A DNA stretch of 40,861 nt from a virus (IMGVR_UViG_2541047778_000015), one strand, 5' to 3'; numbered from the stretch's first letter, positions 25,032 to 34,251 are shown. Translations and numbers: made by a program. The notes: generated by a model not told the origin, from the letters alone.

Positions 25032-26707
25032 TGTGATTGCCCACCCTGACCACTAACTGCATTCGCCATAGCTGACAAAACACTCGGATCCGAAGTTTTA
25101 GCTTCACTTAGCGTCTTGGCACCCTGTGCCGCCGCCATCCCCATCGCCATCATTTGTTGCTGCTGTTGTTGCTGTGCCCGTTGCTGGCGAGCCTGCTCAA
25201 CCTGTTCCTGCGGAACAATGACGGTTGGAGACACTCCGGACATATCAGCGAATGCATCGATCGCCTGATCAACGTTGAGTTTGTCGAGAGCTTCTGGTTT
25301 CGCTTGCGCAAGTTGACCAATGAAGTTAACCGTGGACGCCAGACTGGACAGGCCGATAGACTTCTGCGCCTGAGCCATGACGGAAATGTATTCGACCTTC
25401 AGGGGCATGCCTTCCATCGCGTCAGGCGGTGGCGGCAGCATGTTTTTACGCACCATCATCGAGAAAGAGCGATCAATGAGAGGATTAAGACATTCGTCGT
25501 TCAGGCGCTCCAGAACCGGCCCCAACATCAGAAGTTTTTCTTCTTTCATTTCGATCACCGCTTCCACAGGCATCGAGCGGGTATTGATGTTCTGCAACAT
25601 CATGAACAGATCGACAAAGTAGGCGCTGTTAATGATTTGACGAGTGTCCTGAATGTCTGCCACCAAATCTGCTGTACTGGGGTTAACCAGATAAGCAGGC
25701 CTGAAACCATCCTGACCAGTAATCTGATCGATATACGTGATGTCGCCAGGAAGAAGGGAGGCGCGCTGATTCTTGAGGGAAGTCGGAGCAACCATCGGCG
25801 GATTGGTGGCTTTATCAATCAACTGCGACTTGCGCTTCTGGAGAAGCTGCAATGCCTTAACAGGTCCAAGCGCCAGCATACCCGGGCATGATGATCCATA
25901 AACATCTTCGCCGTTAACTTCCCAGCGCGGAGCCATAATTGGAAACTCATCGAATCCGGACTCACGCAACAACTTGTCGTTATCGCCACCAACCTCGTAA
26001 TAAACCGATTTGAATGGCTTGTTCTTGCTATCCAGCTTCGATGTATCGCGGTCAATGTTCGGGTAAACCGAATGCATCACTTCAATCCACTTCTCGTAGG
26101 TGCCGCTTTCCCACATGCTTTTTACGGATTCGCTGACGTTATTTAGCCCGAACTCCTGAACAAGCTGACGAACAGTCATAGAGAACTTGCGAAAACAGGT
26201 GTCCACACTGCCACGAGGTGAGTTAGCCAGGTAGTAACTGCCTATCGGGAATGGCATTGTGCGAATGATGTCCTCGTCATCCTCCAGCACTGCCATTGCA
26301 CCAGTGCTGTATGTGCCGAGGCTTCCGTATAACTGCGGCAGCGACTGATAGAGATTCGACTTATTGAACATATCGTTCATGCGGTTCTGCACCGCCTCAA
26401 GCCACAACTTAACAGGGCCATAATCCATCATTTCAGGATCTGGCGTAGCCAGGCGAAACCACGGACGCGCGGGGCTTGTGATGCCTGACATCATGCCGCT
26501 GGCGAGAGTGCGCGCCGCCATAGTCCCGGTCGAATCAATAATGCGTGTATTGCGTCGATCGTTACGGTTGACCTCAGAAGTCAGAAAGCGGGAACCACGC
26601 GGGTTGATGTAATCACTCAACTCGCGCCAGTGCGGCTCGAACGACTGACGCTCGCTTTCAAGTTGTGCGAACTGTTTGTTCAATCGCTCTTTAGTTGTTT
26701 CCGCCAT
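25028..26707 (-). CDS. Portal protein
   Basis: 559 aa; position after the terminase; C-terminal Gln/Ala-rich tail. Confidence 0.75.
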   Translation of the reverse strand: MAETTKERLNKQFAQLESERQSFEPHWRELSDYINPRGSRFLTSEVNRNDRRNTRIIDSTGTMAARTLASGMMSGITSPARPWFRLATPDPEMMDYGPVKLWLEAVQNRMNDMFNKSNLYQSLPQLYGSLGTYSTGAMAVLEDDEDIIRTMPFPIGSYYLANSPRGSVDTCFRKFSMTVRQLVQEFGLNNVSESVKSMWESGTYEKWIEVMHSVYPNIDRDTSKLDSKNKPFKSVYYEVGGDNDKLLRESGFDEFPIMAPRWEVNGEDVYGSSCPGMLALGPVKALQLLQKRKSQLIDKATNPPMVAPTSLKNQRASLLPGDITYIDQITGQDGFRPAYLVNPSTADLVADIQDTRQIINSAYFVDLFMMLQNINTRSMPVEAVIEMKEEKLLMLGPVLERLNDECLNPLIDRSFSMMVRKNMLPPPPDAMEGMPLKVEYISVMAQAQKSIGLSSLASTVNFIGQLAQAKPEALDKLNVDQAIDAFADMSGVSPTVIVPQEQVEQARQQRAQQQQQQQMMAMGMAAAQGAKTLSEAKTSDPSVLSAMANAVSGQGGQSQ

Positions 26708-26721
26708 TTCAATGACTCCGG

Positions 26722-26928
26722 TTACTGACCAAGCAGCGTTTTACCGCTGGTATTAGCAGTTGATGTGTCGCCCTGAGAACCGGTAAGCAGCGTAGAACTA
26801 CGACCAGCAGCAGCGCGACGGCGACGAGTTTCTTCGTCGCGGGCATCAACAACGGCGGCATCCTGCTCCTGTGGTGCTGCCTGAACTTCTGGTGTTGCAG
26901 GCACTGACGGTGAGCTACCCATGCACAT
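26722..26928 (-). CDS. Small hypothetical protein upstream of portal
   Basis: GGAG 8 nt upstream of the ATG at 26928; Ala/Thr/Glu-rich 68 aa; preferred over the overlapping 79-aa frame. Confidence 0.4.
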   Translation of the reverse strand: MCMGSSPSVPATPEVQAAPQEQDAAVVDARDEETRRRRAAAGRSSTLLTGSQGDTSTANTSGKTLLGQ

Positions 26929-27017
26929 ATCAATGACTCCGTACGCAATTAAATTATTACCAATTTAACCACATATGATTTATTTATCGTAGATAGTTGA
27001 CATTTAACGCACGAATT

Positions 27018-27034
27018 ATTACCTTTTAGGTAAG
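27018..27034. promoter_or_regulatory. Operator-like site ATTACC-tttta-GGTAAG
   Basis: TTGACA hexamer at 26997..27002 immediately upstream. Confidence 0.45.
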
Positions 27035-27355
27035 CAAATGGTTCATTCCGGTTATTAACCTGACTGGCTTGTCGTTAAATTGAACAGGTGGAGTGAGCTT
27101 TTATTTTGAGCAGTACGGCGTATGGCACATGCGCCGATAGCGGTCTGGATACGTTTAAGGGGCACCCTCCCTTGCTCGGGCAAACGAACCAGGTAGCCGG
27201 AATGTGCAAGTCGAGCGGTTTTATTCCGCGCACGGGGATTCACCATCCCGGCGATTCGGTGTGACGCCTCGGAAGAGACGAGGGTACAACGATGAGAGCA
27301 TTTATGGAGCCGCGACAAAGTGTGGTGCCTTAACAGGCTAAGTGCTCTCAGCGTT

Positions 27356-27432
27356 GTGGCATTAGCTCAGTCGGACAGAGCAACCGCCTTCTAAGCGGTT
27401 GGTCGCAGGTTCGAATCCTGCATGCCACGCCA
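27356..27432 (+). tRNA. tRNA-Arg (anticodon UCU)
   Basis: Hand-folded cloverleaf: acceptor GTGGCAT/ATGCCAC, D-stem GCTC/GAGC, anticodon stem ACCGC/GCGGT with loop CTTCTAA, T-arm GCAGG-TTCGAAT-CCTGC, 3' CCA encoded. Confidence 0.8.
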
Positions 27433-27475
27433 GAATCACGCCTAAGGACCGTGATGCCAGAAGTTCCAGGTGCTT

Positions 27476-27518
27476 GGCGGTGATGGTTTCCCTTGAAGGA
27501 CTATCACCGCCCTTTTTA
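27476..27518 (+). terminator. Hairpin plus T-run downstream of the tRNA
   Basis: GGCGGTGAT ... ATCACCGCC (9-bp stem, long loop) followed by CTTTTT. Confidence 0.45.
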
Positions 27519-27547
27519 CAGCAGGACGCCATTGCGATGACTTCATG

Positions 27548-27563
27548 CTGTAAACCAGTACAG
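27548..27563. promoter_or_regulatory. Weak LexA-box-like element
   Basis: CTGT-aaaccagt-ACAG: correct spacing but the spacer is not AT-rich. Confidence 0.25.
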
Positions 27564-27635
27564 CCACGGAAGGCATAACTCATTGCTTCCAGTTCGCCCG
27601 GTTCGCAGGGCATTTTTTTAAGGTGAGATTAGACT

Positions 27636-28007
27636 ATGAGTGAAAAAGACATTGAATCTGAAATTCAGGCTAAAGGTTTAGCCGCGCCGCGCGTTACGCC
27701 AGACCATATCGAGAGCATTATTGCTCAGGAGGCATATTTCACAGCAGAAGATGGTGCCTTTGGCGTAGCCATAAAAGCGAAACATACTGGCGGAGAGGTA
27801 AACTACCAGCCGCACGAATCACTTTCTCTGCTGACGTTCTGCGTCCTGGTGCTGCGCAACGGCTTCACCGTCACCGGAGAGAGCGCCTGTGCAAGCCCGG
27901 AAAACTTTGATGCAGAAATTGGTCGGAAGATTGCCCGACAGAATGCTGTAAACAAAATCTGGATGCTTGAAGGTTACTTGCTGAAGCAGAAGTTAAGCGA
28001 GCAATAA
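27636..28007 (+). CDS. Hypothetical protein (moron, opposite strand to the virion operon)
   Basis: 123-aa ORF preceded by AGGTGAG RBS; no family recognised. Confidence 0.55.
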   Translation: MSEKDIESEIQAKGLAAPRVTPDHIESIIAQEAYFTAEDGAFGVAIKAKHTGGEVNYQPHESLSLLTFCVLVLRNGFTVTGESACASPENFDAEIGRKIARQNAVNKIWMLEGYLLKQKLSEQ

Positions 28008-28097
28008 CACCGTGACATATCACAAACAGCCAGCCTATGAGCTGGCTTTGTTTTATCCTCATCAGAGGATATCAACAACATTATCCCCTCAAGCGGA

Positions 28098-29573
28098 TTA
28101 AGCATAGGGATCGTAATCTGTGATGGCCTTGCCTTGCTGGTTCTGCTGCCCGGGAATTCGCAGACGCTTAGACACAGGGAACGCAAACGTCAGCAGTAGC
28201 GCATCGCCTTTACCCGGTGAACGCCCAAGCCGCTCCTTGATATCTTCCTTCGGTTCGATAACGATTTTACCGTCCACTCGAACTTTGTACTCTGCCGCCG
28301 ACAGGTCGTCTGCTGTTTCCTGGTCATCCAGCATGCCGCCCAGCCTCAGCCATGTCTTGCATGAGTTGAACATCTCCCCACGCTTGTTGAGCATCTGCGG
28401 GTCAGTAGACGCGCCACCGAACGGAACAAGTTGCCATGTGCGCCCCCAACCGTCACCGATTGACTTCAGCCCGGTACCGTAACCGAAGTCGATGAACACC
28501 GCGTCAGCCTGATACTGGTCTTCAAAGTCAGCGATACGCTTCGCCATAATCAGATCGTCAGTGGTCTTGTTGCCGGTCCACAGCACCTTACTATGCAGCC
28601 CCTGCCGCAGGTATATCACAGCGTCATCAACGCCGGAGTATGCCGGGTCAACGCCGATTATCACCGGAGCATGTGCAACCTGCGCAGCGGTTACCACCCG
28701 TTTCATTGCCTCGTCAGTAAGTCCGGTAGGGATAAACTGCAATTCAGATGCATCCGGGAATATGCCGCGCACACGGATTTTAACGAAGTCGCTGTCTTCC
28801 CCGTAGTCATCAACCCATTTCTGCAACTGCTGTTTGTTAGTGCCTTCCACCGTCCGGCTGTCAATCTGCGCAGTTTTCCAGCGGTGTTTATATTTGCGGA
28901 AACATTCGCGGAAACGCCCGGTGTTACGTGTAGGGTTTCCGAACGCCACCCAGATAATCTCAGTGTCTTCGTCCGTAAGCGCACCCTCAGCAACTTCCCA
29001 CACCAGATCCGCAATGTTCGACGCTTCATCGAATACCACGATGATGCGTTTGCGCTCGTTGTGTAGTCCGGCGAATGCCTCAGTGTTGTGCTCAGACCAG
29101 GGGATTGCGTCAGCTCGCCACCGCTTGTCGTGCCCAGGATCATTGCTGTACATCGCGGTAGCGGTACAGGTAAACCAGTCTTTCGTGATAGCAAGGTTCG
29201 ACCACTTGATAATTTCCGGCCAGGTCTTCGTTCGTAGCTGGTTGTCGGTGTTGGCGGTCACCACGACCTTACAATCCTCGCAAGTGGACATGCCCCAGTT
29301 GATCAGCATTGAGATGAATGCGGATTTACCAATACCGTGACCAGAAGCGCGTGCCAGCATAAGCGGCTGATAGCGCGTCGCTGGATTCTGCAGGTGATCA
29401 CGTATCTCTCGGAACGCATCAGCCTGCCACTGACGTGGGCCGGTAGCATGTGCCAGTTCAGTCCCTTCTTCCCCCCACGGGAACGCATAGAGGGCATAGC
29501 CAAGCGGATCGTGAGTGAACCCTGCAATATCCTCGATCAACTGCTCTTCAGGAGATAACGCTGTATCTGTCAC
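28098..29573 (-). CDS. Terminase large subunit
   Basis: 491 aa; Walker A-like ASGHGIGKS; acidic nuclease-region motifs in the C-terminal half. Confidence 0.85.
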   Translation of the reverse strand: MTDTALSPEEQLIEDIAGFTHDPLGYALYAFPWGEEGTELAHATGPRQWQADAFREIRDHLQNPATRYQPLMLARASGHGIGKSAFISMLINWGMSTCEDCKVVVTANTDNQLRTKTWPEIIKWSNLAITKDWFTCTATAMYSNDPGHDKRWRADAIPWSEHNTEAFAGLHNERKRIIVVFDEASNIADLVWEVAEGALTDEDTEIIWVAFGNPTRNTGRFRECFRKYKHRWKTAQIDSRTVEGTNKQQLQKWVDDYGEDSDFVKIRVRGIFPDASELQFIPTGLTDEAMKRVVTAAQVAHAPVIIGVDPAYSGVDDAVIYLRQGLHSKVLWTGNKTTDDLIMAKRIADFEDQYQADAVFIDFGYGTGLKSIGDGWGRTWQLVPFGGASTDPQMLNKRGEMFNSCKTWLRLGGMLDDQETADDLSAAEYKVRVDGKIVIEPKEDIKERLGRSPGKGDALLLTFAFPVSKRLRIPGQQNQQGKAITDYDPYA

Positions 29574-30166
29574 TGATTACCATCCTGACGTTCTTTGAGT
29601 CGCTTCCTGGCTGCTGCTATGCGATCAGCAATTGTCACATTCACATTAACATCCAGACGTTCTTTGAACGCGTTGACATCAACATGCTTACCAATCAGCT
29701 CAAGGTTCTTCACCTTGTCAGGCCATTTAATTTTTTTGAGGATTGTCTCTATCGAATCCTCGTTCATGTTCATGATGGTCGACGACAGATCAAAGCCACT
29801 AAGCGTAGTGCGCCAGATTTTCGGCCACTCACGGATTGGTTTAAGGCTCCCATCGTCGTTGAGGATGTCGATCACGTCCATCTGGTCGATCTCCACCAGG
29901 CGCATGAGAACGTAATCAGCACTGACGCGCATTCGTTTGTTGCGCTCCTCCATCAACTCGGCAATCCGTTTCTGAATGCGTTCATCGCGCATCATGACAC
30001 TGGCTTTAACTGCCGCTGTGTTTGGGGAGAATCCTGCGTTAATCGCTGCCTGAGTCTGGTTTTCAGGCGTTTTGATGTATGACTGGCAATAAGCCTCCTG
30101 CATTGCTGTGAGCGGCTTAAATTGCGTTGATTTGCGTTTATAGGTTTTAGGTTCAGCAGGCATCAT
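29570..30166 (-). CDS. Terminase small subunit
   Basis: Start taken at MMPAEPK; the ORF-track N-terminal extension is the translation of the upstream operator-like repeat; 4-bp overlap with the large subunit gene. Confidence 0.6.
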   Translation of the reverse strand: MMPAEPKTYKRKSTQFKPLTAMQEAYCQSYIKTPENQTQAAINAGFSPNTAAVKASVMMRDERIQKRIAELMEERNKRMRVSADYVLMRLVEIDQMDVIDILNDDGSLKPIREWPKIWRTTLSGFDLSSTIMNMNEDSIETILKKIKWPDKVKNLELIGKHVDVNAFKERLDVNVNVTIADRIAAARKRLKERQDGNQ

Positions 30167-30182
30167 AACCACCGTGGTAATA

Positions 30183-30199
30183 GTTACCGTTGTGGTAAT
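30183..30199. promoter_or_regulatory. Operator-like site GTTACC-gttgt-GGTAAT
   Basis: Preceded by an extra GGTAAT half-site at 30176..30181; directly upstream of the terminase genes. Confidence 0.45.
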
Positions 30200-30284
30200 A
30201 ATACCATGCAAAATAAAGCCGCCATAGTTGGCGGCAGTATTCAAAATCCATCAAATTCATCATGCATAATCTACTCGTGACATG

Positions 30285-30632
30285 TCACACTATTAATTTC
30301 GTTTCATGCCAGCCTTTAGTCACCCAGCATTGCGAGTCACCATTACACGGGCATGAATTAACTGGAACTCTCTCGCCGCACTTACCGCAACGTTTTCTGC
30401 TGATCGATTTTATACGCCCGCGCACGCGTGCATCATCCTGGCGGATCAGTAACGCGATGTATTCGCTCATTTCATACGGCGCACGACCAGGGCGACGGGC
30501 GGCACAGTTACGCTCCAGCATTTCCTGCTCCTGCTTATCCAGCACCAGTTCAATTTTGCGCTCACCGGCGGCGGACTGCCGAGCGCGCTGCGCGGCTTTG
30601 CGTTCTGCGGGGGATTTAGCCACGAATCGCAC
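30285..30632 (-). CDS. Zinc-ribbon protein, candidate regulator
   Basis: C-terminal CGKCGERVPVNSCPCNG; basic N-terminal region; last gene before the terminase promoter region. Confidence 0.45.
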   Translation of the reverse strand: MRFVAKSPAERKAAQRARQSAAGERKIELVLDKQEQEMLERNCAARRPGRAPYEMSEYIALLIRQDDARVRGRIKSISRKRCGKCGERVPVNSCPCNGDSQCWVTKGWHETKLIV

Positions 30633-30738
30633 TCCACGCCAGATTGATTAATGACTCCCAGGCAATATAAACCCGGATACCAGCAGCCAGGCCGAAACCA
30701 ATCACCATGGCATAAAGCAGAGCGTTGCACTTGTTCAT
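30616..30738 (-). CDS. Candidate 40-aa single-pass membrane peptide (below the ORF-track length cutoff)
   Basis: MNKCNALLYAMVIGFGLAAGIRVYIAWESLINLAWSAIRG; its ATG overlaps the upstream gene's stop (TAATG). Confidence 0.3.
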   Translation of the reverse strand: MNKCNALLYAMVIGFGLAAGIRVYIAWESLINLAWSAIRG

Positions 30739-31265
30739 TACTTCACCTCCTGCGGCGGTTCCGGTAGCGGCATCCAGTGAGTTGCCTGCTCAATACCATT
30801 ACCCGGCTTAATCGTTGCTTCTCCTCGCCGGAATGTGCTTCCGGTATAGCGTGCGGAGCATATTAGCGGTTCAACCAGAGAGCTGTCGAAATTCACCGAA
30901 ATAAGCACGTTCTTGTTCTTTTCCGGCATTCGCTCACTACAGCTTATCCAACTATCCGGAGTTGCCGGATAGTTGCCAGATAGCTCGTTCAACTTGTAAG
31001 TTTGGCTTACGGGTTCGGCTTCCAGTTCCGCTATGCGCTTTTTTGCTGTTTCCAGCTCGCCCAGCAGCGCCAAGACGGTAGCCGGATTGGCTGCGGCTAT
31101 GAATCGTTTATTGGCGCGATTATCCGGTCCTGAGCATGATGCTATGTAGTAATTGGCGTTCAGTCCGGCATCGGCAATTACTCCATGGTAGTCATCAGTA
31201 CACCATTCGCCTGGTGTTGCATTTTCTGCCGCCTCACGCAGTGCCTGGTAATTAATTTCGCTCAC
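30738..31265 (-). CDS. Ea22-like N-terminus / DUF551-like C-terminus protein
   Basis: N-terminus ALREAAENATPGEWCTDD and C-terminus HWMPLPEPP match motifs I recall from lambdoid prophage proteins of these families. Confidence 0.55.
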   Translation of the reverse strand: MSEINYQALREAAENATPGEWCTDDYHGVIADAGLNANYYIASCSGPDNRANKRFIAAANPATVLALLGELETAKKRIAELEAEPVSQTYKLNELSGNYPATPDSWISCSERMPEKNKNVLISVNFDSSLVEPLICSARYTGSTFRRGEATIKPGNGIEQATHWMPLPEPPQEVK

Positions 31266-31879
31266 TGGTTGCCTCCTTTGCGAAGCTGGGCAGCAAAGTC
31301 AACTAACCACTCAGTCATTTCAACCTTCCCTACCAGGTCTGAACCAGGGTGCATACAGCAATCACTCTGCGCCGCTTTGAAATCCTTATACTCATATTCT
31401 TGGGCCACCAGATTTTTTGCAGCTTCTATAGCAGCATCCACCCCCTGCGCCCGCACTTCAGCCAGGCATTTGCGAAACTCGGAAACGTACTGTTCGACGC
31501 TCATTCCCCAGCTAAGTGGACATTCATTGAATGTTTCGCCTTCGTGCTCTTCATCAGGTAGCTCTTTGGTAAAGAACTCACGTTCAATGGCGTGGAGTGT
31601 GTCAGCAAAACGACGTAAGTTACTCAAACCTGTCGTAATGGAGAATTCAGGAGCATCACATCCGACGCCCATCTGCTGATAAACGGCGGTTTTGAAGGCC
31701 TTAAGCCCAGCATTCTCCGCTGCCAGCGCATTAGCACGCACCAGTTGCACTTCCAGTTGCGTTGCCAAATCGCTGATCAGCTTTGCCACACTGCGCATAT
31801 CAACGGCACCACATTCTGCGTTCAGTTCCGAAGCCATCTCATGCCCGGCGGCAACTAACCCTTTGATATTACTTTCCAT
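31262..31879 (-). CDS. Hypothetical protein
   Basis: 205-aa ORF overlapping the following gene by 4 bp. Confidence 0.5.
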   Translation of the reverse strand: MESNIKGLVAAGHEMASELNAECGAVDMRSVAKLISDLATQLEVQLVRANALAAENAGLKAFKTAVYQQMGVGCDAPEFSITTGLSNLRRFADTLHAIEREFFTKELPDEEHEGETFNECPLSWGMSVEQYVSEFRKCLAEVRAQGVDAAIEAAKNLVAQEYEYKDFKAAQSDCCMHPGSDLVGKVEMTEWLVDFAAQLRKGGNQ

Positions 31880-31940
31880 CTTTACCCTCGCTTATCCACA
31901 TAACTTATTGATTACATTGATAACTAAAAAGATCGTCGAT

Positions 31941-32285
31941 TCAGAACTCTTCGATGTTCCAGCCACCACCTGCTTTCTTTGGTTTAACCGTTACCCCGAT
32001 GATTCGGAACGGATACTGATCTGCGGCGACTTTGGTTTTCACCCTGGCGTCGTCGGTCCAGAAACCTTTCACTTCGTGCAGTTCCATCTCTCCGGTGGCG
32101 AGCATCACAGCGAAATCGGGCGTATAGAACGTGTTGTCAGCTAACCGCAGCTTGATACCCTCGAATCGATACCAGGCGATTTCCCCTGCACGTTTACGCT
32201 GCTCAAGGTGCTGGCAATACGCAGATTCTGTTTTGTTCATCTGGCCTGTTTTGAGTCGACCAAGAGCCTGTATCTGTTTTCTCAT
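31941..32285 (-). CDS. Small PD-(D/E)XK-type nuclease-like protein (nin-region)
   Basis: YTPDF ... ELHEVKG motif pattern typical of small phage restriction-endonuclease-fold proteins. Confidence 0.5.
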   Translation of the reverse strand: MRKQIQALGRLKTGQMNKTESAYCQHLEQRKRAGEIAWYRFEGIKLRLADNTFYTPDFAVMLATGEMELHEVKGFWTDDARVKTKVAADQYPFRIIGVTVKPKKAGGGWNIEEF

Positions 32286-32287
32286 GA

Positions 32288-32304
32288 TTTACCTCTAAGG
32301 TAAT
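32288..32304. promoter_or_regulatory. Operator-like site TTTACC-tctaa-GGTAAT
   Basis: One mismatch in the left arm; overlaps the RBS region of the 32285 gene. Confidence 0.4.
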
Positions 32305-32349
32305 TAAAAACCATATAAGACACGAAATCAATAGAGTTTAGAATATTTT

Positions 32350-32366
32350 GTTACCTTGTAGGTAAT
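32350..32366. promoter_or_regulatory. Operator-like site GTTACC-ttgta-GGTAAT
   Basis: Intergenic, between the replication genes and the nin-like block. Confidence 0.45.
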
Positions 32367-32402
32367 TGTTGAGGCGTAAAAAAATGCGCTATCGCGCTGG
32401 TA

Positions 32403-33179
32403 TTACTTGATAAATCCTGCCGCCTTTCCCCGCCTGTATTCCTCCATCAGCCACTGCGCCGGTGTTATTCCCCCAAGGGTGGCGGCGTTAGGCATGCACC
32501 CGAAACTTCGCCCTGGTGGATGGTAAACGTCTCTCCCTGTGTCCGGAGGCGTACTCATGGGTTCTGGCTTTGCCTGTATGCTGATCACCGGATCGGGTAT
32601 CTGCTGTCCGGAAGCCACCTTTTTCGCCCAATCATCGAGCAGCCTGCGCGCGTGTTTCTCAACCTCAATCTCGCTAAGCTGGCGCTGATACATTGCACGG
32701 CGGGTATCACATACGACCCAGTACATAACCGGATGCCGCCACGGGAATCTTTCGGGACCACCAGGATATAAACTTTTTTCCTTGCTGTACCGGTGAAACT
32801 CCGCCATCACATCGTCAATGGTGACGCCAAGAACCATCTTGCTGTCTTTACACCACTTGATGAATTGCCCTGGCGACGGCCAGAACGGAGACTCACTGGC
32901 GCGGGCGTGGCGCATACCAGCGTTAACCTGTTCCATTGTAGTGATCCCATTCTCCAGAAACGCAAGCATCCATTGCTTACGGAATTCATTAAGTTTGTTC
33001 TGCTCCCTTATGGTCGAAACGCTTGCAGGAAATGCAGCCTGTAACTGGACAAATAGTTCATTGAAAATTCTAGCGACCTGCTCCTTTTTGCCATTGCTGT
33101 CACGCCGCTCTTCATGCACAGCAACACCATGCTCACGTAAGCGATCGTACTCATTGAGAAGTTCTGGAGTTGATTTCAT
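32403..33179 (-). CDS. Replication protein P-like helicase loader
   Basis: AAFPASVSTIREQNKLNEFRKQWMLAFLENGITTMEQVNAGMRHA...PSPGQFIKWC parallels lambda P as recalled. Confidence 0.75.
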   Translation of the reverse strand: MKSTPELLNEYDRLREHGVAVHEERRDSNGKKEQVARIFNELFVQLQAAFPASVSTIREQNKLNEFRKQWMLAFLENGITTMEQVNAGMRHARASESPFWPSPGQFIKWCKDSKMVLGVTIDDVMAEFHRYSKEKSLYPGGPERFPWRHPVMYWVVCDTRRAMYQRQLSEIEVEKHARRLLDDWAKKVASGQQIPDPVISIQAKPEPMSTPPDTGRDVYHPPGRSFGCMPNAATLGGITPAQWLMEEYRRGKAAGFIK

Positions 33180-33981
33180 CCCACACCCCTTCTATCCAGT
33201 CAGTGTTATTCCAGTCAAGCTCATCGCTTTTCCCGACGTTTTTTGATTTTCCCCTGATATGATTTACGTGCCTGGCGAATTTTTGTTCCCACTGAACCTG
33301 CGTGAACACTTTGCCCTCAGCCATCCAGTAATCCCGGAATGCAGCAAGTTCAGCAGGTGTAAATTCCGGTTCCGGCAGGGCCGTTCCCCACAGCGCAGCA
33401 CGCCGTCGAAAATCCGGCGACGGATGCCAGCCATCGGTCATCGGAAATTTCCCAATAGGTTCACTCAGGCCATCCAGAAATGCAGGTTCTGCCACCTGCA
33501 ACGGCGTACCGTTCGCTTCACTGGTCGGATCACTCTCGCGCGCGTGTGCTATGTGTGGGGTTTTATATATATCTTCCTCTTCCTCTTCCTCTGGTAACTC
33601 CTTTTGTAACGCTGTTGGCGTTACTTTTTGCGTTACTCGTTTTCGATGCTCTGCCACTCTTCTATTCGTAAGTGCACGTTTTTTCGATGATTCTCCATTG
33701 TGTCGCTCAAAGTTTGGAAGAATTAGTTTGCCGTCATGATAAGCAAGCCATCCGACGCTAATGAGGGCGTCAGCAAATCCTGTAATAAAAGCGAGTCTAT
33801 CAAGTACTCCTTTTGTAACGCTGCCAGCGTTACCGTCTATTGTTTGCTGGTCAGCCCATGCCCATATACGAACCAGCTTTCCAAGAACAGCATCTGGATC
33901 AATACCCAGAATTTCTGCTATCTGAAAAATTTCAGGTTTATCAGGAGTGATAACTTCAACCTTAATCCAGCTGCTTGCCAT
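33151..33981 (-). CDS. Replication initiator (replisome-organiser N-domain, DnaT-like C-domain) containing the candidate origin
   Basis: Start at MASSWIKVEV (AGAGGGG RBS); internal Glu6 linker coded by a TC-rich/AT-rich tract; C-terminal FTPAELAAFRDYW region; iteron-like palindromes inside the gene. Confidence 0.7.
   Translation of the reverse strand: MASSWIKVEVITPDKPEIFQIAEILGIDPDAVLGKLVRIWAWADQQTIDGNAGSVTKGVLDRLAFITGFADALISVGWLAYHDGKLILPNFERHNGESSKKRALTNRRVAEHRKRVTQKVTPTALQKELPEEEEEEDIYKTPHIAHARESDPTSEANGTPLQVAEPAFLDGLSEPIGKFPMTDGWHPSPDFRRRAALWGTALPEPEFTPAELAAFRDYWMAEGKVFTQVQWEQKFARHVNHIRGKSKNVGKSDELDWNNTDWIEGVWDEINSRTSQ
33561..33836. other. Candidate origin of replication: pyrimidine/AT-rich tract plus GTAACGC-N5-GCGTTAC palindromes
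   Basis: TTTTATATATATCTTCCTCTTCCTCTTCCTC (33561..33592); palindromes at 33606..33624 and 33815..33833 embedded in a 28-bp direct repeat with 3 mismatches; extra GCGTTAC at 33630..33636. Confidence 0.5.
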
Positions 33982-34156
33982 AGGTTTCCCCTCTTGCACT
34001 CTTTAGTGCACAAGCAAATTCATTACGATGGCGGTTGGCGCTATTCATTGCACATTCAACACATGTTCCGTTCAGAACATACCTTTCAGAGAGATGGCCG
34101 TGACGGCACCGCTTTCCTGTGAAATAGCGATTTAACCCGGCTTTTGCGGCCTCCAT
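33962..34156 (-). CDS. Small Cys-containing protein overlapping the initiator start (doubtful)
   Basis: 64-aa frame with CRHGH ... CVEC; weak RBS; occupies the position where lambda carries cII. Confidence 0.25.
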   Translation of the reverse strand: MEAAKAGLNRYFTGKRCRHGHLSERYVLNGTCVECAMNSANRHRNEFACALKSARGETYGKQLD

Positions 34157-34251
34157 TCTGGTTACTATCTTCAATTTTTCCGCCCCTTTTTGTTATTGAT
34201 ATTGGCTATTTTGCACAATTGGAAAATTTGATCAACCAGATTTGGTTTTTT

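Noticed and set aside
27362-27613. 83-aa minus-strand ORF
   Set aside because: It overlaps the tRNA-Arg gene and its terminator; it is a shadow ORF.
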